A stretch of DNA of 64,000 nucleotides. Origin: Takakia lepidozioides. Taxonomy: Eukaryota; Plantae; Bryophyta. Location of the stretch: positions 46,438,001-46,502,000 of the forward strand of contig CM060732.1 in the NCBI GenBank assembly GCA_030704615.1, read 5' to 3'. Under the pieces are notes generated by a model. The model saw nothing but the letters and a program-made list of their open reading frames with translations, did no database searches and was not told the origin of the DNA. The position numbers and the translations under genes are program-made. How positions within the stretch are numbered: the first letter of the stretch is position 1; each line of letters opens with the position of its first letter. This document shows positions 1 through 13,000 of this stretch, one piece after another.

Positions 1-340
1 GATCTGAGTTTAAGTCCGCAAGCCTTGACCCTGCTGGATAAATCTTACTTAGAGGGCTGTAATGTCGAAAGCCATGTCTGATGCCAGGAAATTGTCTGAC
101 ACAAATGAGGTTAGGCAGAAAACTTCCCTGAACTTGTTACCACACACAGCAGATTGATGCTTGTGTGAAGGGATTTCTCAAGGATATCTGGAAAACCCGG
201 ATAAATGTTTTACTTCAAGGTAAGTCTTACTACCGACGTCAGCCCCTGACAGAGGTAGGTTCTGTCCCTTTGTGTTCCGCTCAAACTGGGCCCGGGGTCA
301 ATGGCCACAAGGCTATGGCAAACGACGTCTTATGCATACA
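1..340 (+). mobile_element. LINE family A (RTE/RTEX-like) 3'-end fragment, in the intron of the methyltransferase gene
   Basis: Encodes [12 protein letters not shown]...GVNGHKAMAND, the C-terminal motif of the longer copies at 15046-15776, ~17780-21825 and 51617-54360; internally deleted; followed by TTCTCTCTCTC. Confidence 0.85.
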
Positions 341-373
341 TTCTCTCTCTCATACACATGAACGAATTCAATT

Positions 374-520
374 TAGCCCAGTGGCAAGGGTATAAATGGC
401 TTCACTAGCGGTTGTGGGTTCAAACCACATGTTGGATGTCATGAAGGTGTCTACCTTCCACCGCAAGGCAGAGTAGTCCTTCAGGGTCAAGTGACACCAT
501 AATTTAGGCTTCGGCAATGC
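374..520 (+). mobile_element. Probable tRNA-derived SINE remnant
   Basis: Pol III A-box TAGCCCAGTGG (374-384) and B-box GGTTCAAACC (417-426) at tRNA-like spacing; no full cloverleaf seen. 3' boundary is approximate. Confidence 0.4.
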
Positions 521-602
521 GTCCACACTTTTCATTTATGTTGTGTCAATCCCAACGTCGAAAATTAGTTTTGAACATTAGGATATGGCGGCGTTTTGGC
601 AG

Positions 603-1359
603 GTGTGTTGCGCGAACGCCGGCAAACTTCACAGGGCCTGTGCCATATCCGGAGAGCATGTGGACACTACCGGCCGATGGGGCGATCAATTGGGCACCCT
701 ACAGTTGCAAGTCGTTCGACTGCCTCAACACCCGCGCTCGCCGCAAAGTGTTTGCAGACTGCCTCGACTGCTTCGACCTCAATGGCCGGGAAAAATCCCG
801 ATGGGTGGGAAATTCGCCGGGCTCGCTCGATTTTACAATCGAGCAGGTGCTGGAGGTGGCGAAGGGGGGGTTGCGGATCGGGCTGGACATTGGGGGCGGC
901 ACGGGGTCGTTTGCGGCGCGGATGCGTGAACACAATGTGACGATAGTGACATCCACCCTCAATTTGGGCGGCCCCTTCAATAATTTTATTGCGCACCGTG
1001 GGCTGTTGCCTATATACATGTCCATTTCGCAGCGGCTGCCCTTTTGGGACAATACACTGGACTTGGTTCATTCCATGCACGTTTTGTCCAACTGGATTCC
1101 GCACCAGTCGTTGGAGTTCATCCTGTTCGACATCGACCGAGTTCTCCGTCCCGGCGGACTGTTCTGGCTGGACCATTTCTTCTGCATCAGGCCCCAGCTG
1201 GAGGATGTGTTTGTGCCCATGATAGAGCGCTTGGGCTTCACCAAGCTCAAATGGTTTGTAGGGGACAAGCTGGACAGGGGTGTTGAGCTACAGGAGGTTT
1301 ACCTCTCTGCTCTGTTGGAGAAGCCTCTTCATGCCAGGATGCATGTTGGGAGTCATTGA
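603..1359 (+). CDS. SAM-dependent methyltransferase (plant Methyltransf_29-like family), terminal exon; upstream exons lie outside the window
   Basis: Acceptor ttttggcAG at 601-602; motif I IGLDIGGGTGSFAARM, RLPFWDNTLDLVHSMHVL, FDIDRVLRPGGLFWLDHFF; stop TGA at 1357-1359. Confidence 0.9.
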
Positions 1360-2728
1360 GTTTGTCAACCACTCTGGCTTGGTATCCAAAACCAGTGAAA
1401 TGGATTTGCAGGAGGTTTCTCTCGAGTCTGTTCCGATATGAATGCCAGGATTGATGATTGAGTTTGTCACTTCAGCTTGATCAAACACTGGGGACAAGGC
1501 CCGGAGTTGCAGGAGGTCTACTTTCTCTCTGCTCGGTTCTTGAACTCCAGAAGTTTGTGACCTGCACAGCAGCTTGATCAAAGCCACTCCCCAGGGGACA
1601 ATTTGAGCAGTTAGGAAAATTGAACTGAGCGAGGTTGGAGAGTTGATACCTTCAGACTCACAGATTAACATGACTTGCTCGGACGCCACCACCCCTTAGG
1701 CTCCGATAAGGGATTAACTCAGACTCAAGACAGCTATCCTAAAACTAGCCACAAATTTTTTTGAGGGGGGTTCATTGGGATACAAGCCACCCTCAGTCTG
1801 GGAGGTTCAGAAACTCGTAGAGTTGAAAACTAGATTGGTCCACGGTTTTGTTGCAACACCAATTGGTCTTCAATTTGAAAGGGCTGATTTCAAAGCTCAA
1901 ATTGTCCTTTGCATTTACCTCTTGGGACCATTTGAGCACCTTATATCGTTGCAGAAAAGATCATGTACCAGTCGAGAGATTTGGATCTAAAACTGCCTGA
2001 ATATGATCTAATGAGAGCACGGAGGGGAGTCCTGTGGAAGATGTTAAATTGACCACGATCAATTTGTGATAACATGAGCAAGTCAACACAACTAGAGAAA
2101 ACCCAGTTATGATCTCTCACCAGTTTTCTTTAGTGGTCATTGATGCTTTGGCTACAATAGTGAGCAAATCAGGTCCGATCCATGTACAATATTTTGATAG
2201 CTCTAGGCATCACCGTAACAGTCTTGCTTTTTCAAAATTGCCCAAAACCTGTACAGTTTCTCCTTATGAAATCATAGCAAGAAACACCAATGAATAACTT
2301 GGGCCACTAAGTACTACTCTAGCCGAACAGGACATCTACAGTGTATTTAATCCACTCCAGCTTAGTGTCAGTGGAGTTTCTCTCTCAAAATTACCCTGCA
2401 AACAACAACGATCAATTCAAGTATAATCTGTTAAGCTAACGCACATGGTACCTCTTACAGATTGATTGACTACATGATGTTAGCCAGCATTGAAAGGTAC
2501 TTCAGGTGCTTGGAAATTGCTCACACCATATGATCTACACAGGCCAATCTCAAGACAGACATAAGAAGTCAGGCATGCCCCCATGATCCGGAGCAGGTTT
2601 GGTTTTAATTTGCCGAGGAAGGATTTCAGATATCTTCCTCTCCAATACAGTACTGAGGGAACCTGGTAGCCAAAGGTACATTGCTGTCTGCAGAACTTCA
2701 CAAGACGACCAAAATCTTGGGTGTTGAC

Positions 2729-5208
2729 TCAGAAGCAGGCCTCAAGCAGGCAGCAGCAACACAGTGCTGCAAGGCTGTACCACAATCATTCAAAGACCCA
2801 AGTTAAAAGAATATCCAGATAATGGTAACAGGTCAATGATCAGCATTCTCTCTCTCTGTCTACCAAAAAAATGTGACATTGCTGAAAGCTGTGATGCCGA
2901 TGGATAACAAAAGGTTTTCATGGCAGTAATAGCGAGGAAGAAAACACAACCCCAATATTGATGTGCATTGTAACTCAAAGCTCATATCCAGTTTCTTGGA
3001 TCTTGCGTCAGCCAGGGTGCATAATAACAATATACAACAGATGAGCACTATCACAAGAGATTCCAGAGAAAATCTCCAGGCCACAACTAATTATATGCTA
3101 GCTGGCCCCAATTCAATCGCTTCCCAACCTTTACAGCTCTGGTATCTCTTTCCGTGAGGTTAAGCAGACAGACATCTGTCTGCTCATTCTAAAAATGTAA
3201 GCTGTGAGTTCTGCTAGTCCCACTAATCCTTCCACGTTTCATATGCACACGTAACCATATCATTCAAAACATTCATACGGGATTCTCTGATCATTTGCTT
3301 ACTTGAACGCAAACTGATACTCCGTTATTTATGGTTTTTCTTTAACTCCGAAAACAGACCTGTACTGCTGTACCTCTGAAAGAAGAGATTTGCTTTGCGC
3401 ATCAAAAGTAACTTCTAAAGTTTCACCAAAGGTTTTTTGACTAACTAAAACAAAAACTACAAAACTTAAAGCTACAATAACTCATGATAAGTAGAGGGAC
3501 TCATGGTTGAGGGTGCGTTTTTTTATCACCCCGCTTAGTATTTCAAAAGAATCTGGCAAAAACACTTAATTCCCCTCTCCGCTGTCTAGGGTGAACAGGA
3601 CAACTCACCAAGCTTCCATACAGGTGGATCCTTGGTTGTTCTGATACTGAGGCTGACCATACATCTGCTGTTGCTGAGGTGGATAACCCTGGGGTGGGTA
3701 TCCTTGCGGGTACCCCTGGGGAGGGTACCCTCGGGGAGGATATCCCTGTGGGTATTCACCTTGTGGTCCATAACCTCCTGCAAATATGGATACAGACTTC
3801 AAATACAGCTTCAATCATCTCCTTCCTGCACAGCTCTTTGGAAAATAGAATTTGAAGGAGGATTATCCTAAGCAGAGCAATTGGATTCTTCCCAAATACC
3901 CCATCATGCTTGTGTCTTGAAAGCAATATATGCATATTAAAAAGAACACCTTCCTTCCATCACTTACACAACTAAGAGATTTAGAACGTCCAGTTTGGGA
4001 ATCCCAGACAGACACTGAGAGATATATACAACATTGAATCAATTCATTCATACCAAGCTACACTTACAGTGAGGTAAACATATGACCCTTATGTTGTTGT
4101 GAGCGACTCAAACATGCAGCATTATATGTGGCTCCTCCATTGTCACAAATATACAGACTTGATGGAAAGGTGAACAATGAGTTGGATGGCCCCCCAACTA
4201 TAGCATGGATCAAGGTTAGAATGTTGTCAATTTTGGCTGGCAAATACAGCCACAATCAACCATTGAAATTGTACCCTTGTCTTTTGGATTCCCAATTGGT
4301 GAGGCACACAGATATCAAGGTTCAACTGTTGCATATAGACACTGTCCTTCTGCTGATGTTTGGTGGATTTAAAACAGCTGGACAACCTCATGGGCAACAA
4401 TAAAAAAACACAACACATCCTCACCGCAATGACACCAGATTTGCCAATTTGTGATGTACACAACATGCATTGTCTTTAGTAGTTACTGTGCGAAGTCCCA
4501 TGCTGGTGGAAGTCAGCGCTAGTGCATTCCAGACGTAGTAAAGGGAAATTTTACATTCGTGTATGCCAAGTATGTCAAGAGGAGTAGTTTGCGGGATAAT
4601 TTCTGTCGCTGTCATGGTTGTGGAGATATAGCAATTACGCACAACTTCAACTTCAACTTCAACTCTCCTGTCCACACTAGACAAATTTCTCTACACACCA
4701 ATGAGATCAGAAATACCTGGCAAACCTTTACTATCTAATTTGGTCTGCTGATGACAAGTGAAGTCTGGAGCCTCTCCACACGAAAAATAAAAAGTGAATA
4801 AAATATCTCTTCCTACCTATCAGGACATGATTGACACAATTTCAAGTAAGAAAAGGTGTGAGAGCAAGAGAAAAGTGGAAAAGGAAGACAAATACAGGAA
4901 AACAGCCTTCTGCCGCATACAAAACATGCAACGCACAAGATATGTATGTACGTCAACAAGAACAGAATCATAAAAACAAAGACAGCCACATTTTCCATAG
5001 AAGAGAGCGCCAGAGAAAGAATAAAAAGCAACATAAGCGGAGGAAAATGTCAACGCAGCAGAGAGAGAAATATCGACTAAAGCATACTGCAACAGAGCAT
5101 AGCACAGGCCAGTAAAAGATAAAGAATCGCGATCCAAAGTAAAGCCGAAGTACCATAACCCTGTGGAGGGGGAGCGCCAACAGGTGGTTGCTGATTGTAA
5201 TAACTCAT
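2729..5208 (-). CDS. CYSTM (cysteine-rich transmembrane module) protein; exons 5208-5154, 3777-3609, 2774-2729
   Basis: Spliced in phase with GT-AG introns: [94 protein letters not shown] repeats plus the Cys-rich tail are diagnostic. Confidence 0.93.
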
Positions 5209-5946
5209 GGCCGCTGGCCAATGCCTCTCTCTTCCTTGTTGCGCTTTCTTGAAATTTCCACACCTTCACCCGCTGTTTCGTCTCTTCTCTTCTCTTCTCT
5301 TCTCTTCTCTCCTATCTCCTTTTTTGATCCCACACACACCAACGCCTTTCCACGACAACTTGGTCAACAACCTCGCTCCACAATTTCAGGCACCGAAATC
5401 CCCAAGATCCTCCTCATCGTCTCAACAACTCTTCCCTCCCGAAATAATCTCGCGGCCTTTCAATCACTGCGGTCTAAGAAACGGCATCCAAGCTCCGCAC
5501 TCTCTTGACCGCATGATATTCTCGACTTGCGAAGTTGCGTGGACCCTTCACGTTCTGCAGTTGCCTGCGACACTCTCCCCCGTCTCGCCATCCTTTCTCA
5601 TGCTTCCCTCTTGACTTTTCCTTCCTGTCGGTCCATCACACTTGGACTGCCTCACTCCAATTTAGGTCATCTCACACACACAATAACACATCCCGAACCT
5701 TGATCACAAAACTGAACCGATTTTGGTGCGCTGAGATTTTGGGTAGGTGCAAATCTGCTAATGGAAACCTCTGTTTCCCACTCATACGTGTTTATGCTAA
5801 TGACTCCCGTGCTGCATATAACACAGGAAGGTTTTGCATATTGAGAGGACTCTGATAAGTTACTACTCTGCCAAAAAATTAGCCTCCAAACTTCAGTGAG
5901 ATGACACTTCTCAATAACTTTCACTAACTCACCCTATATATGAAAC

Positions 5947-6951
5947 TGTCGAGGGGATATCGCTGCCTGTTCTTGAAGTACTATGGAATGGGCCGCAACA
6001 TGCCATTGTGGTGGGGGGTAAGGTGGTGGCGGAGTCAGAGAGGATTGCGTTTGCCGCCCTCTCATTGGCTTGCAAGTCCTAATCAAACGCATTATGTTTC
6101 ATAATGTGCTAGTGGCATTAGGCGTAGAATTTTGCTTTTTAATCCTTCTCCAAATACACCATACTAGGTAGGCAAAATCCTTTATGTGTGGGTAAGGAAC
6201 TTTGGCAATTGGAGAAGATGTTTTTGCTATAGGTGTATGAGAATATTAGAGTGCCACGACAGCAGCTGGAGGAGAAAACAGAAGGCCTACCGGAACACCC
6301 AAATCTGGACAAGCACCTTGGGAGGCAGTCATGAGATCATGTCCTTGAGGATGTCTATAGAAGTAGGCGTACTAGGGTAGCCTGTTGGCCCAAGTGTCCA
6401 ATGTCATCTAAGTCCAAGTGCATCAAATATATGAAGCAAGCCGTATCTAATCATTTTTTTTTCCGCAGAGCCTAAGACCAGATTTGAACTGGAAACCTTT
6501 CCCATGCTGGTCTCCAGCGACCAAAAGTACTTGAAATCCGTTTTAGCCATATCTCATCATTTTTTTCCACACAGCCCACGACCAGATTTGAACCGGTGAC
6601 CTTTCCCTTGATATCTCTCCCATCGAGGCTCCTGTCCAGCGACCAAAAGTACTTGAAATTTGTTTTAGCCATATCTCATCAATTTTTTTCCATAGAGCCT
6701 TCGACCAGATTTGAACCGGAGACCTTTTCCTTGATATCTCTCCTGTCGAGGCTCCACCCGTTCTCCCATGAAGGCCCACTTTGCTATTTTTCCCAAATTT
6801 CCAACGGCCCAAAGTACTGGAAATTCCACATCTCCCACGCAGGTCCAAAAATCATGAGACCAAGCCCGTGCACCCCTCCTCGTCGAGGGCTTTCCAACGG
6901 TACCAAGCACCAGTGCTGGGGCCTTGCGGTTTGGGACATCTCAACGTGACA
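5947..6951. mobile_element. Possible solo LTR or other TE remnant with internal ~105-125 bp tandem repeats (6440-6760)
   Basis: TGTC...GACA ends with AAAC on both sides; about 3 degenerate copies of GACCAGATTTGAAC...CCAAAAGTACT...TATCTCATC. Confidence 0.35.
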
Positions 6952-7089
6952 AAACAAACAAACAAACATCTCGCTTCATAGATTGATTTACATTAACTTC
7001 TTAGTTGCTAGATGAACTTGTGGGTGGGAATTCAAGGAGCTTTCAACTTTCCAGTAAATTGAGTTCTTAAAACCTGCCTCATCGAACTC

Positions 7090-10000
7090 TTACAGCTTGG
7101 AACTCAGAGGAACTTTCAAGTTTTCACGAAACTGGGTTCTCAGCACACGCCTCATTAGCTTGTTGGATGCTGTACGTGGAAACTCTGGCAGTACCGCCAC
7201 TGCCTTTATCTGCAGACCAGAATCACATTCTATGTAAGATAAAGAAAATTATTTGAGTAAATCCACTGGAAGCCTAGAGAGCCCATAGGAGACTAGAACA
7301 ACTGCTGAGACCACAGAACAACTCAACCCCAAACCTTGCATAAGGAGCACCTCATGCAAGGTAAATTGCTAGGCACTTTGGGTCCATATAACTAAAGACC
7401 TCTGCTGGGATGTGTGTGTGTGTGTGTGCTAGGGTGCAAAGAATGAACCTTCGCACTGAGCTATGAATCTGAGCTCAATCCTGGCAACAAGCTAGTTTCA
7501 AGAGATCAGTCTAGTGGAGAAATAGAGTCTAGTGGAGAAATAGCCTGCACTTTAAACCAGGGGTCCCTGATTATCAGGGCCCTGGGCTAGGAGGCTGAGC
7601 CAATCATGCGACAACAAGTTGGTTTGAGGAGATCGGTGTCTTAGAAAGGAGAGACAAACAAGCAGATAGGTTTTAGTGTGAAATCAATAGCTTACAACAA
7701 CATACAAAATAAGAGAAAGAGAAACAAATGAACTTCCCATGGGGTATACCCAGGTTCAAAACACATTGCCTTAGCTTTTCCACAGCCAATGGCATTCCCA
7801 TTTTGCTAGACTCTGCTTCTCTAGCTGTCACAAAAACAAATGTGAGGTCCTGAATACAGGAGATGCAAAGCAACATATGAAGACAGGAACAATGAGAAAA
7901 CTCAGACCTTAAACAAAGGGTTCAATTGAGATGATACAGCTGTGGAGAAGGTCTTTTGGAGTTCTTCAATGCCAACTGGGGGCCCCTCTTTCAGCACAGC
8001 TGCAATCACTAGATCCTCAGGACCCCCACCAGGTGGTTGAAGGCCAATAGCTGCTGTCTCTAGAACCCTCTGGTGGGCTTTGTTGCACACCCACTCAATC
8101 TCCACGGCGCTTGTCTGGGTGCAAAAGATATTTAATTTCAAAAGTAGCCTTGATATGCCACTTCACACTTCTCAACCCAGGTAGTTTGGCATTGAAACAG
8201 TGTGCGTAGTAATTTGTCGTGCTTTGAGCAAGGCGTGAAGGAATCAGAGAAGAAACACGCACAGAGAGAGGAAAGAAATTTACGGCATCCAAAGCAGTAT
8301 GAACAGAAAGAGAGAGAGAGAGCGCGCACTTTGATGCCTCCGAGATTCATTGTGTCGTCAGCCCGGCCAAGTGCTCTGTAGAAACCCCCAGCCAGACGCT
8401 GAAATAAATCGCCATGTCGTCTCAATTGCTGTGGTTGAAAACAGTAATTGCTTAGGAAACTTGGGTCCTCACGTAGATGTTGCGACAGGACTAGAGCAAA
8501 GATCTGATTGTGTTCTGCCTAGGGAAATTAACACCACAGTGTTGACCTTCCTCCCAACCCTTCCCTTCTCCCTCTGTCCAAAATCACCTTCGAAAAGCAA
8601 ACACTTAAGCAGGTCAAGCACAAATTCAAGTGTTCTAATGCTGGTTATGTAAAGCCACACATACCCTTCCTTTGAATATAGGCATGCCCTTGAAGTAGAT
8701 TGCATCATGATCTGCATTGAGCAAAGTGCTTGATGCTCCAAGACTAAAGGGAATCAATGCTACTTCTCCTGTGCACTGCTGATTGTCCGCCTGTAGACCC
8801 AGCATTCAGACAGCTGACATCCATAGAAAAGAGGAAGCACTAATCATAGTAGCCAGGATGGCATCTCAGACCCCAGGGATTTGGTGAGAATTGCGAGTCT
8901 AAAGAGAAGTAATGAAACACAATTATTCTAAACGAACGTAGAGAGGAATGAAATGAATTGGTACTTTATAACAGACGAGAGAAATGAAATGAAATCGTGC
9001 TTTATAACGTCCGCGGAAAGCTCATAGAGCTTATGGGACAAAATGGAAGAAAACATGAGAGGAACAAAGCCAGAAACCACAATTAATGTTCTAGCGATTG
9101 TCTAAGGGTGAAGGCCTCATGTAGGTAGGCAGCCAAGCATTTTTGATCCTCATAGTGAAAGACATCAGTGAGAGTTTGGGTTCCACTGAATAAACAGTGG
9201 AATCTCCCACGGATCTCGTAGTATAGAGGGCAGTAGAAGAAGAAGTGTTCTTCAGTTTCAATTTCCTTGCTGCGCCCTATGCAAGCTGGACATAGGCGGT
9301 CCTCCCGTTGCAGGTTTTCCCACCTGCCAGTCTCTAACCGTAGGTTGTGGGAACCCAACCTAAACCGCCCCAATGCCCTCAAGAGGGAAGGAGATAAGGG
9401 TGTTGAAAGGTAATTTGGTCTCAAGATTCTATCATCGCGGAGCACCAAGAATGTCTCTCGATAGAAGTGGGGCTTTGTCGTGAGATTGGGTAGCATCCAA
9501 GTTCTCTTGACATGTAATTCCATAAGCTCTCTCCGAATGAAAGAAATGAAATGAAATGAAATGGTGCTTTATAACGTCCGCGGAAAGCTCGTAGAGCTTA
9601 TGGGACAAAATGGAAGAAAACATGAGAGAGGAACAAATCCAGAAACCACAATTAATGTTCTAGCGATTGTCTAAGGGTGAAGGCCTCGTGTAGGTAGGCT
9701 GCCAAGCATTTTTGATCCTCATAGTGGAAGACATCAGTGAGAGTTTGGGTTCCACTGAATAAACAGTGGAATCTCCCACGGATCTCGTAGTATAGAGGGC
9801 AGTAGAAGAAGAAGTGTTCTTCAGTTTCAATTTCCTTGCTGCGCCCTATGCAAGCTGGACATAGGCGGTCCTCCCGTTGCAAGTTTTCCCATCTGCCAGT
9901 CTCTATCCGTAGGTTGTGGGAACCCACCCTGAACCGCCCCAATGCCCTCAGAAGGGAAGGAGATAAGGGTGCTGAAAGGTAATTTGGTCTCAAGATTCTA

Positions 10001-13000
10001 TCATCGCGGAGCACCAAGAATGTCTCTCGATAGAAGTGGAGCTTTGTCGTGAGATTGGGTAGCTTCCAAGTTCTCTTGACATGTAATTCCATAAGCTCTC
10101 TCCTAATGAGTCTGTTGCGGTCATGTCTGGATGTGATGTCCACCTCATCTGGGTTCATTGGTAATAGGAAAGCAGTAGAAAGTCCGTTACGTTGAAATAA
10201 ACTGTCCACTCGAGCATACCAGGAGTTCCTGAAACCTGCAGCTTTGAGCCTCATAGATGTTGTGAGGGCCCTTGCCACTAGCCCTTTGGGTGGAAGGGCC
10301 TGCAATCTATGGAGAAAGATTGTAAGCCTGAAGAGGGCCTCGGATTGCAATGGTACACATGCGAACTCTGCACCTAGGATCTGAGATGGAGTTGTGCTCC
10401 TGGCGCCAAGCATTGCTTGGAGAAAAGATGACTGTAATGGTTCCAAATTCTTTTCCCACCAGGAGACAGGGACACCAGGTGCCCAGAACTCACAACCATA
10501 GATGGTAGCAGGGCTGACGACAGTGTCAAACAGCCACTTTTTGGTCGGGGGATGCCGCAGATGTATTTGCTTGCATTTGGCCTGAAGGCGGACAGAGGCC
10601 GCCTTACCTTTAGTCAACCTGTCCAAGGCAGTGGCTGCAAAGTGAAACTTGGGGGAGTGGATAACCAGACCTAGGTACCGGTATGATTTCACAATCTCAA
10701 TTTCCTGCTGGTTGAAGATGAATCTACGATCAGCCTGGCCATTGAAGACCATGATCTTGGTCTTGCTAAGATTGACCTGCATCCCATAGTCTTTGCAGAA
10801 CTGTTCCAAAATTTTGAGATGGCGTTGCAGAAAGACCGGGGATTGTGCCAAAAGGGCAACATCATCAGCATAGAGGAGATCTGATTGGGTTGGTCCCCCA
10901 TCCAATGGGACCCCAACCCCATGGTTTTTTGATATGTAATTCTCCAAGGCGTCAATGTAGATCCCGAACAGGGTAGGTGAAAGGGGGCAGCCCTGTTTGA
11001 CTCCAATGTTGCTGTGGATCTCGGCTGAGAATTCACCAGCGACGTTGACCATGCCAGTGACAATCTCATACATAGAAGAGATGGCACAAAGGATGTCTGG
11101 AGGGACTTCCACTCTATGGAGCCGTTGGAAGAGAAGGTCCCGAGGAACTGAATCAAAGGCTTTGTGAAAGTCCACGAAGCAAACATAGACCATTCTTTTG
11201 TCATAGCGTGCACTTTCCACCATAACTTGAAGAGTGAAGATGTAGTCAATAGTGGATCGGTTTCGACGGAAACCAGCCTGTCCCTCAGCACGAATGCGAG
11301 AGTACTCAGCCCAATCATCCAGTTCCATGGCCACTACTGCCCCAAACAGTTTAGCAAGTAATGAGGACACCATGATAGTACGATAGTTTGTCGGTGCGAG
11401 CCTGTCACCGCTGTTAAAAAGTGGGTGGATGATGCTCTTTGTCCACTCTGTTGGAAAGCCCCGTTGCACCTCATTGAAGAGGTTAGCTATAAAAGGGGAT
11501 AAAGTAGGTGCAGCATGCTTGATGAATTCACTCTGAAGTCCTGAAATGTCCACCGCTCTGCCATTTTGCAGCTTCTTGATTGCCTTACTGACATTGGCTG
11601 TAGTAAAGAGAGAGAAGTGAAGCGGTTTAGAGGTTATAGGAGAAGGAGTTTGGGTTGGGGAATGGTACAAAGACTGTGCATACTCATGCCAGACATGAAT
11701 GTCAGTGATTGGGGGGGATCTCTATGAGGTTTAAGGAGGGACCAAAAAGATCGAGGAGAAAATCTGATTTTAGCAAGGAAAGAAGATTGCAACTTGATAG
11801 TGTAGACTTGCTTTTTGGATCTAATGAGGGACTTATAGTGCTTAAGAGCAAGATTAGTGGACTCTGGAGAAGAATTGGTATCAAGTAGTAAAAATTTGAT
11901 GCGACGTCTAGCAGTCTTGCATTCCTCATCATAAAATGGTGCGTAACGACGAGTGGAGAAGGGTGAGGAGGTAGATGGAAGGGTGACGGGAAAGGATCGC
12001 AGGGCTGAGTCCCAAAGGGCTTGAGTAAGATTTGTAGCCTTGTCGTTAGGAGATGATAGATGTAGAATGGAAGGGAGGGTTGACGCTAGGTATGTTTCAT
12101 ACTCGGCGTCGTGTAAGTGAGAGAAAGGGGTATTAAAGTGGATACGTGGGTGTAAGGGAAGAGACGCAGAGGGGATCCTCATGGGGAGGGAGATGGAAGG
12201 AAATGCAAAGGAAAGGCAAGAGTGATCAGAATCCGGGTACCTCGTGATGTAAAAGGAGCTTATTCTATCAGGCTTGTTGGGGCTCCCCAAGAGATAGTCA
12301 ACCACGCTTTGGCCCTTGTACGTGTGGCAAGTGAACTGGCTGGAGGATTTGAAGTTGGTTGTTCCATTGTAAATGGACAGCCCCTGAGTTTCACAAAACT
12401 TGAGTAGATGGTGACCGTAACTTGTGATTTCGCAAGAGGAATCTGCACTTTGCCTCTCCAATTCCGTATGCGAGCGTTGGATGTGTAGAGGATCTGTGTG
12501 GTCGAAGGTGGGGGCCTGTAGTGATCCTGTACGGGCGTTGAAATCTCCAACCAAGAAAATGTCGTTTGTGGGGTACGGAGACGGGCCATATCGTCTTCCA
12601 ATGGAACATATGGTGAATCTGTTCGAGTATGTAGGCCACTGTGCGGAGATGCGGCCGGAGCAAAATAACATCCCGCCAGCAGGATGTTGTAGCCTTTGAT
12701 GTGACACCAAATGTACCTTGCCAGTGGGTCTTTGTATGGGAAGGAGATAAGTGGGAGAAGCCAGTCAGCAAAGTAACAAGCCACACCTCCAGATCCTTGT
12801 ACGTGGACGAATCACTGACTGAAAGCTATACCCGAGAATAAAAGGGGGGTCCTTTCCTTCATACGCATGAGTTTCCAAAAGAAAAAGAACATCACACTTG
12901 GAAAGAATATCTAGAAGCCCTTGAGGGTGGCTCCACAACGAGCCATTACAGTTCCATGAGCCAATGTGTAGATGTGAGCGTGCGTTGGTCTCATGGTGCC

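Noticed and set aside
517-602. N-terminal extension of ORF 517-1359
   Set aside because: Probably intron read-through upstream of the acceptor at 601-602; not protein-like.
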